Positions 41,877-54,581 of a stretch of 64,000 bases of DNA are shown piece after piece. The translations under genes and the position numbers were made by a program. Within the stretch, counting starts at the first letter, position 1. Every line of letters begins with the position of its first letter. Below the pieces are notes generated by a model. The model did not search any database and was not told where the DNA came from. It saw only the letters and a list, made by a program, of their open reading frames with translations. Source of the DNA: Octopus vulgaris (Eukaryota); NCBI GenBank assembly GCA_951406725.2, contig OX597816.1, positions 75,764,001 through 75,828,000 on the forward strand. Direction: 5' to 3'.

Positions 41877-41964
<88 letters not shown>

Positions 41965-42686
41965 TAGGTTAAAAGTTAAAATATGAACTATGCTACAAAT
42001 AGCAAAAACTCTTATTATATACCATAGACAATAAATATATTCGGCAGATTACAATATATGGTTTGCTTTAAATAATCAATGACCGTAGATAAGAACAAAA
42101 ATACAATAAATAAATATAATAAAATAAAAATAACAAAAATACAACATAATGGGAAAATATAGCATGTAAATTAAGTAAAATCCGTTATCGTAAAGATTTT
42201 CTTTCTAAAAAAAGATCTGCGTTTAAATGAAAAAAGTCATGTAGTAATAAGAGAGAAGAAAATAAAAGAAACAAATAAATAGAATGAAAATATAGAGAAA
42301 AAAGCAAAGGAGCAAAATAAGATATAAAAATCGAAATTAGAGGTTCGGTTTGTTAAATACAATGTATTTGCTTGATATATGTATTTGATATGTAGTGAAG
42401 AAATTGACCTGGTTTTTCACGCATGGCTGATCTGGATTTTCACGTACAACTGACCTGGAGTTTTACGCAAGGACCGAAATATTCGGGAACCACTGACACG
42501 TCACCATTATATACACACATGCATTTCATATGAATATTCACAAGCACATTCATACACACTCTCACACATAGACACACATCTGTACATCATTTCTTGCACA
42601 AAGCACTTATATCAAAATAGTAATTTCATAAATAGAAGACCAACATTTAGTTTAAGCAACCAAAACAGGTTATAAATAATATATAT

Positions 42687-42754
<68 letters not shown>

Positions 42755-43436
42755 TATCTATTTATATATGTACATATACATGCATATATGGGTACAGGAC
42801 ATTAAAAAACGTGGAACACAATGAGAAATGAAAACATAAACACAAAAACATAGAAACGAACTTTTTTTCAAACAACGAAAAAAAACAGAGTGCAAGACAT
42901 ACAACACAAAGAATATTCCCATTCTTCAGTTGTCCCTGTTTTGTCTACTCTGCGTTCGAATGTAAGGACAAGACGCGACTTCGTTGAAACAATCCTTCCC
43001 GCAAAACAAATTAAATAAAATTTGGGATATTTTGCGGAAGGTAAAAATGGTAACAAGAACAGGACAGTAAGAACAAAATAGTGAAAACAATAAAAAAGTA
43101 AAAACAGTAAAAGACAGAACAATGAGAACAAAACAGTAAAAACAAACGATGAGGGCTGTTAAGCCAAGACGATGGAAACTTTATTGTGAACGTTTAAGGA
43201 GATAGCTTATGAAAGAGACAGGATAAGCTGGTCAGGTCTTGGTGAAGATAGCAATTGGAAAGACGGGTTCCCTCTGATCACGTGTCAGTGACGAGAGAGT
43301 CGAGGAGGAGGAGGTATACGCACACATACATGTTAGTATGCATATATCTACAGACGATATTCAAATGAATTTCTATACACTGGTTCTTATTATCAAGCTA
43401 TCGCGCTGTCAGTTGTAAGAGTTTGGAAATTTTACT

Positions 43437-43643
43437 ATTTTCACCCTGCGCGCATAAGCGAAAGCAGGGTATTGTAATTACTCGTCTTTGTCAGTTTGTC
43501 TGTGTGTTTGCAAAATTACTGGGAAACGACCGAACAGATTTTCACCAAATTTGGCAGATATACTTATTGGATGAGTGGCTCGAAATGATGAAAATTTGGT
43601 TTTATTATATTCAAACATACATAAATACATACATAGATATGCG

Positions 43644-43710
<67 letters not shown>

Positions 43711-44320
43711 TGATGGATTTGAAGGTTTCGTTTATTTACGAGTCGATTTCTTAATTTCACCGGAGTATAAGTACCTATAATGGTGATATTTAAAAAAAGA
43801 AATTACAAATCTCCCGACAAGCAAGTTGTCATATTGTTTATATCCTACAACGAACTACAGTACGTTTGATTCACTTGTCATCATTGACAGACGTTGCTAT
43901 GCAATATTTCTATAAGTATTTCATTTTGTTCACTTCCTTTTTCATATGAATCGACCGTCGTTTGCGTGTGTATAGATCATGGTGTACCTATGCGCGTAGA
44001 CACGTGTGGGTACATACATGCATGCATAGATATATGACTGTGTTTGTGAATTGCGCGTGTGCGTGTGTGTGTGTGTGTGTATAAGATCAGATGTATACAC
44101 TTTTGTGTGTGTGTATGAGATCAGGTTTCGTTTATTCGAGGGTTTCGTTTATTCAAGGGCTGATTACTTAATTTCACCGTTCTTTGGCTTCTAACACTCT
44201 TTTAGTCAAACACTTATAAAGCTTAATTCAGTTCAAGTAAAAAGCCTACATAAGCCACACTATAATTTACGAAAGAATTTATCTGCGCGCAGGGTATGCC
44301 GCCTCTCCAATGCCTTTTTT
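43437..44320 (+). mobile_element. DINE-1/HINE-like (Helentron-associated) non-autonomous element
   Basis: Sub-terminal IR accctgcgcgca (43443) / tgcgcgcagggt (44284), nearby short 5' IR gcagggt, T-rich ends and internal (TG)n. Confidence 0.6.
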
Positions 44321-44324
44321 GTTA

Positions 44325-44650
44325 TCTATCTGTTACAGTCATTAGGCTGCGGCCATGCTGGGTCACCGCCTTGAAGGATTTCTACTCGAATGAATCGATT
44401 CTAGTAATTATTTTTTGTAAGGCTAGTACTGGTTCTATCTGTTTCTTTTGCCGAACCACTAAGTTACGGGGATGTAAACACATTAACACCGGTTGTCAAG
44501 CAGTGATGGGAAACAAACACAGGCACACAGACACACATGCACACACATATACGACGGGATCCATTCAGAAGTCACTTGCCCAAGGTGCCACACAGTGGGA
44601 CTGAACCAGGAATAATATGGTTGGGAAGCAAGCTTTTTACCACTCAGCCA
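44325..44650 (-). mobile_element. tRNA-derived SINE family B
   Basis: Reverse complement: tggctgagtgg (A box), ggttcagtccc (B box), caccttgggcaagtg (CORE-like). Confidence 0.8.
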
Positions 44651-45147
44651 CATCAGGAAACGAGAAGCTAAAGGTGAAAAAAAAAGAAATGTAGTAAAAT
44701 AAAACAAATAAAGTAAAATAGGATCAAGTAATGGAGATATAAATCAAGTAGACTAAAGGAGCTACATTTTAGAGTTAACTAGTTGCATTATTTTCGCACT
44801 CGAGTACAAGCTTGTATTTTAATTACTACTATAAATATTAGGAGAATCAACTGTTCATTTGTGGATACCGTGTAACTAATTTATATGAAAGATGAATAGC
44901 TAATTAGTTCACAGATTAAAGATCTACGCTAATTACGTTTATCATTACTCTTTAAATGTGATAGTGCTAAACTTCTAAGCAAAATCGACTCGGTCAGACT
45001 GGGACTAGATTAACTAAATAAGGTATAATAAGGTAGAATTAGATAGAAAAACAAAAAATAAGAAAGATACAAGTTATACTAACTAGAGAGCTGACACAGG
45101 GTTTCTAGTAATAGTAGAGTCAATCGTATTTAGATTAAAGCTATTTC

Positions 45148-45340
45148 AAGGGGTGTTCATTAAAGATTTCACCTGACCCACTTCCGGTTATTGTAGGAAA
45201 CGGAACTTGTACATAAAGTAGAAGCCGCCATTTTGGAGGATCACCGCATAACTATTCGACAACTAGCCCAAGAAGTGAAGATAAGTGTAGGGTCCGTAGA
45301 AAAAGAACTATTCACGATCATTTGCACATGCGGAAGTTTT
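45148..45340 (+). mobile_element. Internally deleted mariner related to 34447-35706
   Basis: TIR-like ..ctgacccactt, then EAAILEDHRITIRQLAQEVKISVGSVE; followed by an 18-bp unit x3 (45337-45391). Confidence 0.8.
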
Positions 45341-46132
45341 AGGAAGGACATATGGTTTAGGAAGGACATATTGTTTAGGAAGGACATATGGTACATGTGC
45401 GGACATCGTATTATTCCTGTACGTAGAAAATAGCAAACAATGCATTTTCTTATGTGTGCCGAGGCTTCGCCAGGTGCATGTGGTACAAACTTTTATAGAT
45501 GCTCATATTTTCGGAAACTTCACATAGAATCAGACAACACTTTTTTACGGAACACAGCATGCACTTTTGAAATGTGTTCGTTGCTTTGGAAACAGGACGC
45601 ATTTTCAACTTTTTTAAAATCATGTAGTACAAGCTTTTACAGTTACTTGCTATTTCGGAAACTACGATTCGACTTCAGTAACATGAAAATTCGCATCAAG
45701 GTAAAACTGGCAATGATCAATAAATTAACGATGAGTGATATTCTTGGCCTTAATATTATGCAACAAAACAATAAGATAATCATTTTCGAGATAAACCAGA
45801 CCACAAAAAATTTCTAATGACTTGTACTCCTTAAAGATGAAAACAAAACAAAATAATAAAACACTAATATAAAGTCATGTACTGATTATTGATAAAATTA
45901 TGTAACCTATATCATAATAAGATTGGAACTTAAGAAACTCTCAATTAAAAATAAGCTATGAAAGATAACATGCCACACGGGAATATTGAATAATTCATCA
46001 GATAATGCAAAATGTTGATGGTGTATTGATTTTGTAGAGAAAGTGAAAAGGATTATATAATTAATGACAAACGTAATATCGCATGTTCTGTTAGGCAAAA
46101 TCCTAAAAGTCGTGATATAAGAATAAAAGGCG

Positions 46133-46232
<100 letters not shown>

Positions 46233-48129
46233 TTTTATTATATCAGTTTTTTATTTCTCGCAAGTGCTATTTTGAAAATAATGAAATTATTAGTACATCA
46301 TGAAGAGTTAAATTATTTAAATTTTGTATTTTTCACACAAACGTATATACATATATATACATCACACACACAAACACACACACACACACACTTGTTTTGC
46401 AGTTCCATAGAAACGATATGACGCTATCAAAACCAGAGATAATCCAGAAATAAGTATTAGTTTTTGCGTGCTAGAATTTGGATGATTTGAATGACATTCC
46501 CATTTCTTCAATGGCTAATGTTTACTGATATAGTGTTCAAGATGGTAATTAGCAGAAGTACTCAGTCAAACAAATTGAATTTAATTCTTCAGTAAGAGAC
46601 AGCGACTGTTGGGAGTGGTAGAATGACGGCTTAAGTAACTTGCTAGATTTAATTAGGCCCCTTTATGTTGTATGTTCAAATGTTTTGGAGGAAACATTTG
46701 TCTCTCATGATTCCGGAGAGAATGAAATAAATGAAAGTAAAAAAATATTGTCAATTGAATACATTCCAAATGTTTAAAATTGAATCTTCTTTTATGAAGG
46801 GAAATAAAAAACGAAAGTGATATATCAAAAGTCTTATGATATTTAGATACCTTCCTCTGTATTTTGAGTTCAGATTTTACCAGAATTGACTGCAGTTTTA
46901 TACAACACGGGTTCGATAAAAGAAATACCAGCAGGGCTGTATTAGCAGCATTATAGCCCTTCTGGCAAATCAGAGCACTGGGCCGCATATTATTTATTGG
47001 CAGCAAGCTTCAGCATACATAGCTCAGGACCGGGTCTCTAAACACGTGAGGCTCCTGGGCAACTATGCCTTGTGTTCCTATGCCTTAAGACGGAATTGAA
47101 TATCTGTGAAGTTCTTGTGTAGATTTGATCAACTGTAATTTATTCCTACCAATGTATGCACTTGACTTCACTCCAATGTCCCGTCAGAGAATGATGTTTT
47201 TGATTTCTCTAGAGTTTATAAAATAATCACCAGTTTTAAACTGGAATGCTACTAGTTTATAGCATTGGGTTACTTTAATTTCTGCTTTTAGCTATTAAGA
47301 ATATATTGTATTTAGGGCGATAAAACGGTTAGAATTATCGAGCAACAGATTAAAAAGACTTCAAGCATCCCCAGTTTAAATCCTATCAGTTATTTATTTC
47401 CGATTTCATTATTCCACAGTCTATAAAATAAAGTTGTAATAGTTGCTACCGTACAAAGTTTGGCCTTGTGCCTGGTGAAATGCAACCTTTAAGCATTGTC
47501 ATTACAAATTCACTATCTTGGCATTGTTATATTAAGAAAGAAAATACCAAGCTCTTATAAATATCGTTAAATACATCTGCATCTTGCCATATTGATTTTA
47601 AAATCAATTGAAATGTTTATCAGTTATTTTGGCAGATCATATTCATATTTAGCTTGCATTACTAGACTATCAGTCTGCCATTACGTACGAAGATATAACT
47701 TGGAAGTAAAAGACACGCACACATACATGCATACATAAACACTCAAATATATACATGCATATATATACATGCACTTATAAAATTGCAATATTTCAATTAT
47801 TCACATCACTTAAGTACACTAATCCCCTTGATGTATTACGAATTTTCAGTTCCACTCTTAAACTATAGAACCTCTGTTCCACAGTTTCAAGAAGAAATCA
47901 ATAACTATAAGATTATTTAAATTCTGAGACTACAGTAGGTAAGACTGTGGTAAGGCGAAGTTGCAATATGGATTAAGTCCCCAGTTAAAGTAACGTGAGG
48001 ATCTGCAAAATTGATACTGCATCCGATTTATCGCTTTGTTAAAATAGGGGTTTTCATACCTGATCTAAAAAAGTCAACGGCTTATATGTATTACTTAAAC
48101 TCTAAAGGGAACATGTAGCTTCCTTAAAA

Positions 48130-48355
48130 GATAGAGGAGCTGGACACATTGCTGAAGAACTGATCAGAGCCATTGATGGCTTACTCACTGGGAAAGCTCC
48201 GGGATTGGACGACATCCCACCAGAGATCATGACATGTGCAAGGAGAGTTCTACTCTGCACTTGCTGAAACTACTCTGTCAGTGATGGGTGAATGGAAGAG
48301 TCCCACAAGACATGAGAGACAGCAACATTATCAACCTCTATAAGAACAAAGGGTA
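48130..48355 (+). mobile_element. RTE (BovB-like) RT fragment
   Basis: EELIRAIDGLLTGKAPGLDDIPPEI ... GRVPQDMRDSNIINLYKNKG. Confidence 0.8.
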
Positions 48356-48537
48356 CAGAACTGTTAACTGCTATTGATAGAATAGATAACTGGTTGCGAT
48401 TAATCACTAAATATTGGCAAAATACGAGCGTCAGTATTTATAAAATACTAATCACGCAACCCAGCAAACTGAATCGCTTTTAATTTCATGATTTCCAACA
48501 GTGCAAGCAGATAGCTTAAATGATATTAGAAAGAATT

Positions 48538-48982
48538 CTAAGGCGGCGAGGCGGTAGAATCGTTAGCACACTGGACAAAACGCTCAGCGGCATTTCGTCC
48601 GTCTTCACGTACTGAGTTCAAATGCCACCGAGGATCATTTAAGGATCGATAAAATAAGTACCAGCGGAACACTAGGGTCAATGTAACCGACCTAACGCCT
48701 CCCCCGAACTTGCTGGCCTTGTGCCAAAAATTTGAAATCCATAATAGAAGGATTTCTAAGGCAGCGAGTTGGTGCAGAATCCCTAGTGAACCTCGCAAGA
48801 TGGTTAGCGGCATTTTTGCCCGTCTACACGTTCTGAGTTCAAATGCTGCCAAGGTCGACTTTGTCTTTCATCTTTTCAGGGTCGATATAAGTACCAGTGG
48901 AACACTGGGGTCGATGTAACAGACTTAATCTTCCCCCAAAATTGCTGGCCCTGTGCCAAAATTTGAAACCGATATTAGAAGG
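48538..48982 (+). mobile_element. SINE family A dimer
   Basis: Two head-to-tail units with A/B boxes ending ggcc(t/c)tgtgccaaaatttgaaa. Confidence 0.85.
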
Positions 48983-49629
48983 ATGTCTTTTTTTAAAGTT
49001 TTAATATGTCTGAAGGACAGTGCCATGACTTTTGCAGTCACGTGAAATTGATGCAATTTATGCTCAGTTGAGTATCTGCAGTAAAAATGTCAATGGGGAG
49101 AGAATCGAACGGGTAGTGTTGTAACATTAATTAGTAGTTAAATCACCCAATAGGGATTCAAGAGAGCAATTCATCGGAGTATATACACAAGAAAACTTTA
49201 ACCTTCGATAAATATATACTACATGTCCATAGTTGTCACTCGTACATGCTAATATTAGAGGAATATTTCTCATTAGCTCATGGTTTCTTATCACATAATA
49301 TTATTAATAATTCGATTTTTTTACTCACTATGTTAAAAATGACAGCGCTAACTTGACCAATTTTTCACAGTATTAACTACCAACTAATTTACTAGAAATA
49401 GCAACAAAATCTCATTGAAAAAGTACTCTGATGTCTTGGAAAAGGAAGGCCATATTGTTTTGGACAATGTAGTTATAAATACAATATAAAAGAGTCATGA
49501 TGATGATCATAGCTGGAATGCCTTTAATTACAAGACTGTTGCAACAACGAAACCTTGATACCAGCAATATTAAAATGTATGTATATATGCATGAGTGTGT
49601 ATGTGTGTGAGTGCGCGTGTGTGTATCAA

Positions 49630-50005
49630 TGCTTAGCGGCATTTCGTCAGTTTTATGTTCTGAGTTCAGATTCTGCTGAGGTCGAATTTGCCTTTCATCC
49701 TTTCGAGGTCGATAAAATAAGTACCAGTTACGCACTGGGGTCAATATATTATGGATTTTTTCCGTTTGTCCTTGTTTGTCCTCTCTGTGTTTAGCCCCTT
49801 GTGTAGTAAAGAAACAGGTATTTTAGTAAAGAAACAGGTATTTCGTCTGCCGCTACGTTCTGAGTTCAAATTCCGCATGGGTCGACTTTGCCTTTCATCC
49901 TTTTGGGGTCGATTAAATAAGTACCAGTTGAACTCTGGGGTCGGTGTAATCGACTTAACTCCTCCCCGAAATTGCTGGTCTTGTCCAAAAATTTGAAACC
50001 AATAT
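49630..50005 (+). mobile_element. Composite SINE family A containing a LINE-like 3' tail
   Basis: SINE body, then the tail ccttgtttgtcctctctgtgtttagccccttgtgtagtaaagaaac, then a second SINE body. Confidence 0.85.
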
Positions 50006-51348
50006 TAAAATAACAACAAAAACATTAAAAGGTATATATTCGTTGGCGAAATTTTGGCATACATTTTAAAATTGGTTAGCTCTGATGGTTGGTGTTGATA
50101 TTTGAGTCCAAAGGGTAATTATGTATCACGAAATGGCAGGGGAGTTATCTACTTATGACTTGGTCTAAGAACTAGTGCGTGCATATGAAGCTAGCAGATG
50201 TTCTAAGAACTTCACTTTAAATTAATACTTGTATTATTACCAAATTAAGAAATACTGCATTATTACTAAATTAAGAAGTTTGTATTATTACTAAACCAAA
50301 CAGTAAACCTCTAAATAGGCTGTTATTACTGACGTTCGTTACTTGGCCAATATTTATTTAATTTTATATACAAGATAAAACGAAGAACGTAGAGTGGATT
50401 ACAGTTCGACAGAGCAGCTGTATAGGATATAAACAGAACAACATGGTTCCTCTTCAGAAGTCGGAGATAATTACATTCAGTATTTCAGAGAAATTAATGC
50501 TCATCAAGAGAGCTCTCTGGATAACTTGCCGAAGGAAGTACTACGTTGTAATAGCCAATTAGGAGTTATTATATACATCGGAATTGACACTGGGCTAATC
50601 TTTCTACCTCAGTATGTATGTATGTATGTATGTATGTATGTATGTATGTATGTATGTATGTATGTATGTATGTATGTATGTATGTATGTATGTGTGTATA
50701 TGTGTGTGTTTGTGTGTGTGAGTGCGTGTGTGTGTATCAATGTTTGTGTATTTACATACACAATATTTACATACATAAGCATATGTGTGTGCGTGTATAT
50801 ATATATATATACATACATACACACACACATATATATATATATATCGAGAGAGAGAGAGAGAGTATGTGTGTGTAGTTGTACACACAAATACATACATGCA
50901 TTCATACATACATACACATATGTATATACATATATATTTGCGTATATGTAGTTTTACATATACCTATATATATATATATTTATGCACACATCACACACAA
51001 ACACACATATGCAAACAAACACACACACAAACATATATATACACATATAAACACACACGGGGAGTGAAAGGGACGTGAAAATATGATTTCATAAATTTAT
51101 CCTCGGTTTCTTTTGAAGGTAGGATATGAATACTTCTGCAATAATTTTGTCATAGCATTAATGAATAATATAACAACAAAAATAATGTCTATACTCGATA
51201 CAAGATAAATAATAATCCAAAGCATTTAATTATATAAAAAAGGGGTACAATTTGGGATGTTCCTTAATATATTACCAAAAACATGACGAACATATACATA
51301 AATTACCTGTACTCGTTCACACACGCACAAACATACACTACTTACACA

Positions 51349-51434
<86 letters not shown>

Positions 51435-51482
51435 CCTACCTACCTACCTACCCAACCATCCATCCATTCATACATCCATCTG

Positions 51483-51930
51483 ATGTTTCAAAAAATGATG
51501 GGTGAATGTAGCATGGATTGCACGTGAGAATGACGGAGCCAGCTTGAGCATAATCCTATGAACCAAAAGAGAAAAAAAAAACAAAAAATAAAAGGAAACA
51601 AAGAGACCCACTTACTGTAATGTATTCTCTTTTTCTTATGACACTACTACCCAAGGTTCCCGTGGTCTTTTCCGTAGGCTTTTCTATTCACGGACAAACC
51701 TAATCTGTTTTCCCTTTTTACATTGACATTTCTGTGATACACGATCCCTATTGATCGACCCCACTTTTTTTCCCCTTTTGATCGGAATTCCCCCGCCTCT
51801 TTTTTACCCGATCCCTTTTGATCGGAATTCGTCCCCCCTTTTTCTCCCTTCTCTCCTTCCCAAAAAGAAAAGCTCTACCTTGTATTTTGTCCCTTCTGTG
51901 TTTAGCCCTGCGTAGCCAATAAAGAAATCT
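51483..51930 (+). mobile_element. Short 5'-truncated Tx1-like LINE copy (ORF2 end plus 3' UTR)
   Basis: Matches 59047-59124 and the shared 3' end aaagctct..tgtccc.tctgtg..agccctg..ccaataaagaaa. Preceded by decaying (TATC)n and followed by tctatct. Confidence 0.85.
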
Positions 51931-52137
51931 ATCTTGATTGGTTTGGATTTTAATGACCGCGATTATCAACTCCGTAACCTCCAGCGTGTATTTGGCTGGT
52001 AAGGTACTGTAAATATTCTGCTGAATATTCCTAGTTCATGAACCAGTCAACAAAGTAAAGCAGAAATAGATATTCCAAGGGAATAGTTCACGTCACATAA
52101 TGAAATGGCTGGTGATTGGCATATTAAATATTTAATT

Positions 52138-52240
<103 letters not shown>

Positions 52241-52570
52241 CTGTCTATGGACGTGCTGTCTCTTTGACTCCGAAGGTAATTGTTTATTTTGACTATTTAT
52301 AGCCCAATGTTTGTGTACATTTTTGTAAATAAGTTGTGTAAGGCACCCAACTTTCGTTTGAGTGCTTTTTCAAGGGAGGAATTCGCCCCTAGGGGCAGTT
52401 TCAACCCCATTTAATTTTTGTAATTTCTTTCTAGACATTTTCAAAATGTCAAGAAATTGTATTGTAGAACGATGGTCGCGTTCCTTTATCGACCAGCTTT
52501 CTCCTAGACTGGAAACGCTAGGAGAAAAAAAGAATTTTGCGCGCAAAGTAAAATTATCAATGAATTTGCA

Positions 52571-54515
52571 ATGAACGCTACTACTACGTGTAGTAACAGC
52601 CCTGTCACCAACACCGCCACTAGCAAGAACAACATAGAGACTTCTACTGTTATCACCAGCGCCTTCACCACCACCACCACCACCGCCGCCACCTCATCCA
52701 CTACCTCAACTACCAACAGCAACAACAATAACAATGACAACAAAAATAAAAATTGCGCCACCATTTCGACATCTGCTGCCTCGGCTGTCTCTTCTGCCAC
52801 TGACACCACCACCAACAACAAAAGCAACAACAACAACAATTCCGTTCAGACCTGTTTTACTCCAACAACAAGAACTGAAGTGAATAAACAAAAAACTGTA
52901 ACCACCAAACAAATTGACAAAAGCTGCTCGAATACAGGGATAAATTATGAAAATAATTTTCCACCCCTTCCTACTTGCACAATCGAACCAAACACACCAA
53001 TTTTACAAACTGCAGCCAACAACAACATCACCACCAGCAACAACAATAACAAAACAACAACAAATTTCGCTGAGCCGATTAAAGAAAACAAAACAACAGT
53101 ATATTTTACTGCTCAACAAATACAAGACACAAACATTACAATAACAGAATTAGATGGTATAGTGAAGATAAACATACCAGAAGAAATATTGGAAGATGAA
53201 AAAAAAGAACAATTATTTATAAAATAATTAACAAGAAAACAAAAAGCCCAGAGAAGGCTAACACAAGCAAAATAGAAAAATGCTTGAAACCCATCTGGAA
53301 CTACAAAGACTATGTGACCTGGTGGAACAAGTTCGCCCACATAAAAGTGGTTTTCCACACCGAAGAGTTAGCTAGACGTTTCTCAACGCTAACTCTTCAT
53401 TCAGATGAACTCCAACTTACACCAAGCTATCGGGGACAGAAAGTGACTAAGATCACGTTAAACAATGTCCCCAAAATAGCTAATAATCTATGGCTTGTAA
53501 AGGCCTTATGTGTAAAAATGACAAATTTTACTATTTTAGAAACCACGGTCACGGAGCACAAACACTGAGTGGGAAAAAAAGTAGAATTTCTTCTACATAT
53601 AAATCAAGAAGACATAAAAAAATACCCACCCAGATATATGTATCAGACGACCACAAGTTGTATGTGGTCGTCGATGGCAGAAGACCACGTTGCTACATAT
53701 GCGGCAGTAAGCAACACCTAAAAAAAGACTGCAAATCTGCCGCAAGAAAACAACAGCAACAACAACAGCAGCCGGAAAAAAACCCAAATAAACCAACTCC
53801 CAAACCAAGGACATCTGCCAAAAAGACACTCAGCGAAAATGAAGAAACAATTACAACTCCAAATCCCCACAAAATTGAGACCCAAACAACACAACAATAC
53901 CTACAATCACTCAAACACAAAATACCCACACCCCACCTCCAAAACCGCATGCACCACAACCAAACGCTCACCAACCAACACCAACAACAAAATCAACACA
54001 GTCTACAACAGACCCCAATATTTTCCCTCTTCCAAGCTCTGATTCGTCTGATTTGTCATTAGACGAAGAAGACACGGAAGATTGGCAAATAGACACAGGG
54101 GGGAGAAGAAAAAGGGGAAAAAAAGAAAAGAAAAATAACAAACAAAGCAGGAAGATACACCACTCCCGAAACAAAAACATCCACAGAAAACAAACACATC
54201 AACACAAACACACCATCATCAAACCCCCCAACAATGTTGACAGCCATAAACACAAACAACCACGACCTAATGGAACACATTAGGTCAAACACCAACATAA
54301 CTGAAAACGACATAAAAACAAGTAACCACCCACGCACAACACCACCACAACACATTAAAATAATACACGTAACACAGAACACATACAGCACCCTGAAATC
54401 TCTTTACCCTGATGCAGTAGGGAGATTTCAAAAGTATTCATCGAAAAAACTGTACAAAAGCCTCATAGAAGAAGACCGTGAGGTGAAAGACAAAGGACTT
54501 TCGAACAACAAGTAA
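52571..54515 (+). pseudogene. LINE ORF1 (gag-like), interrupted
   Basis: Consecutive ORF pieces: T/N-rich N-terminus, VVVDGRRPRCYICGSKQHLKKDC (CX2CX4HX4C), and a basic tract; several stops or frameshifts. Confidence 0.75.
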
Positions 54516-54581
54516 CCTTTTCTCTCTCTCTTTCCTTTTTTGCACTTTCTTTTCGTGTGTAAAATACAATTTTATCGGAAC

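Noticed and set aside
42395-42490. Three ~22-bp repeats followed by ggaccgaaatattcggg (hammerhead 3'-half-like)
   Set aside because: No matching CUGANGA or stem II partner upstream.
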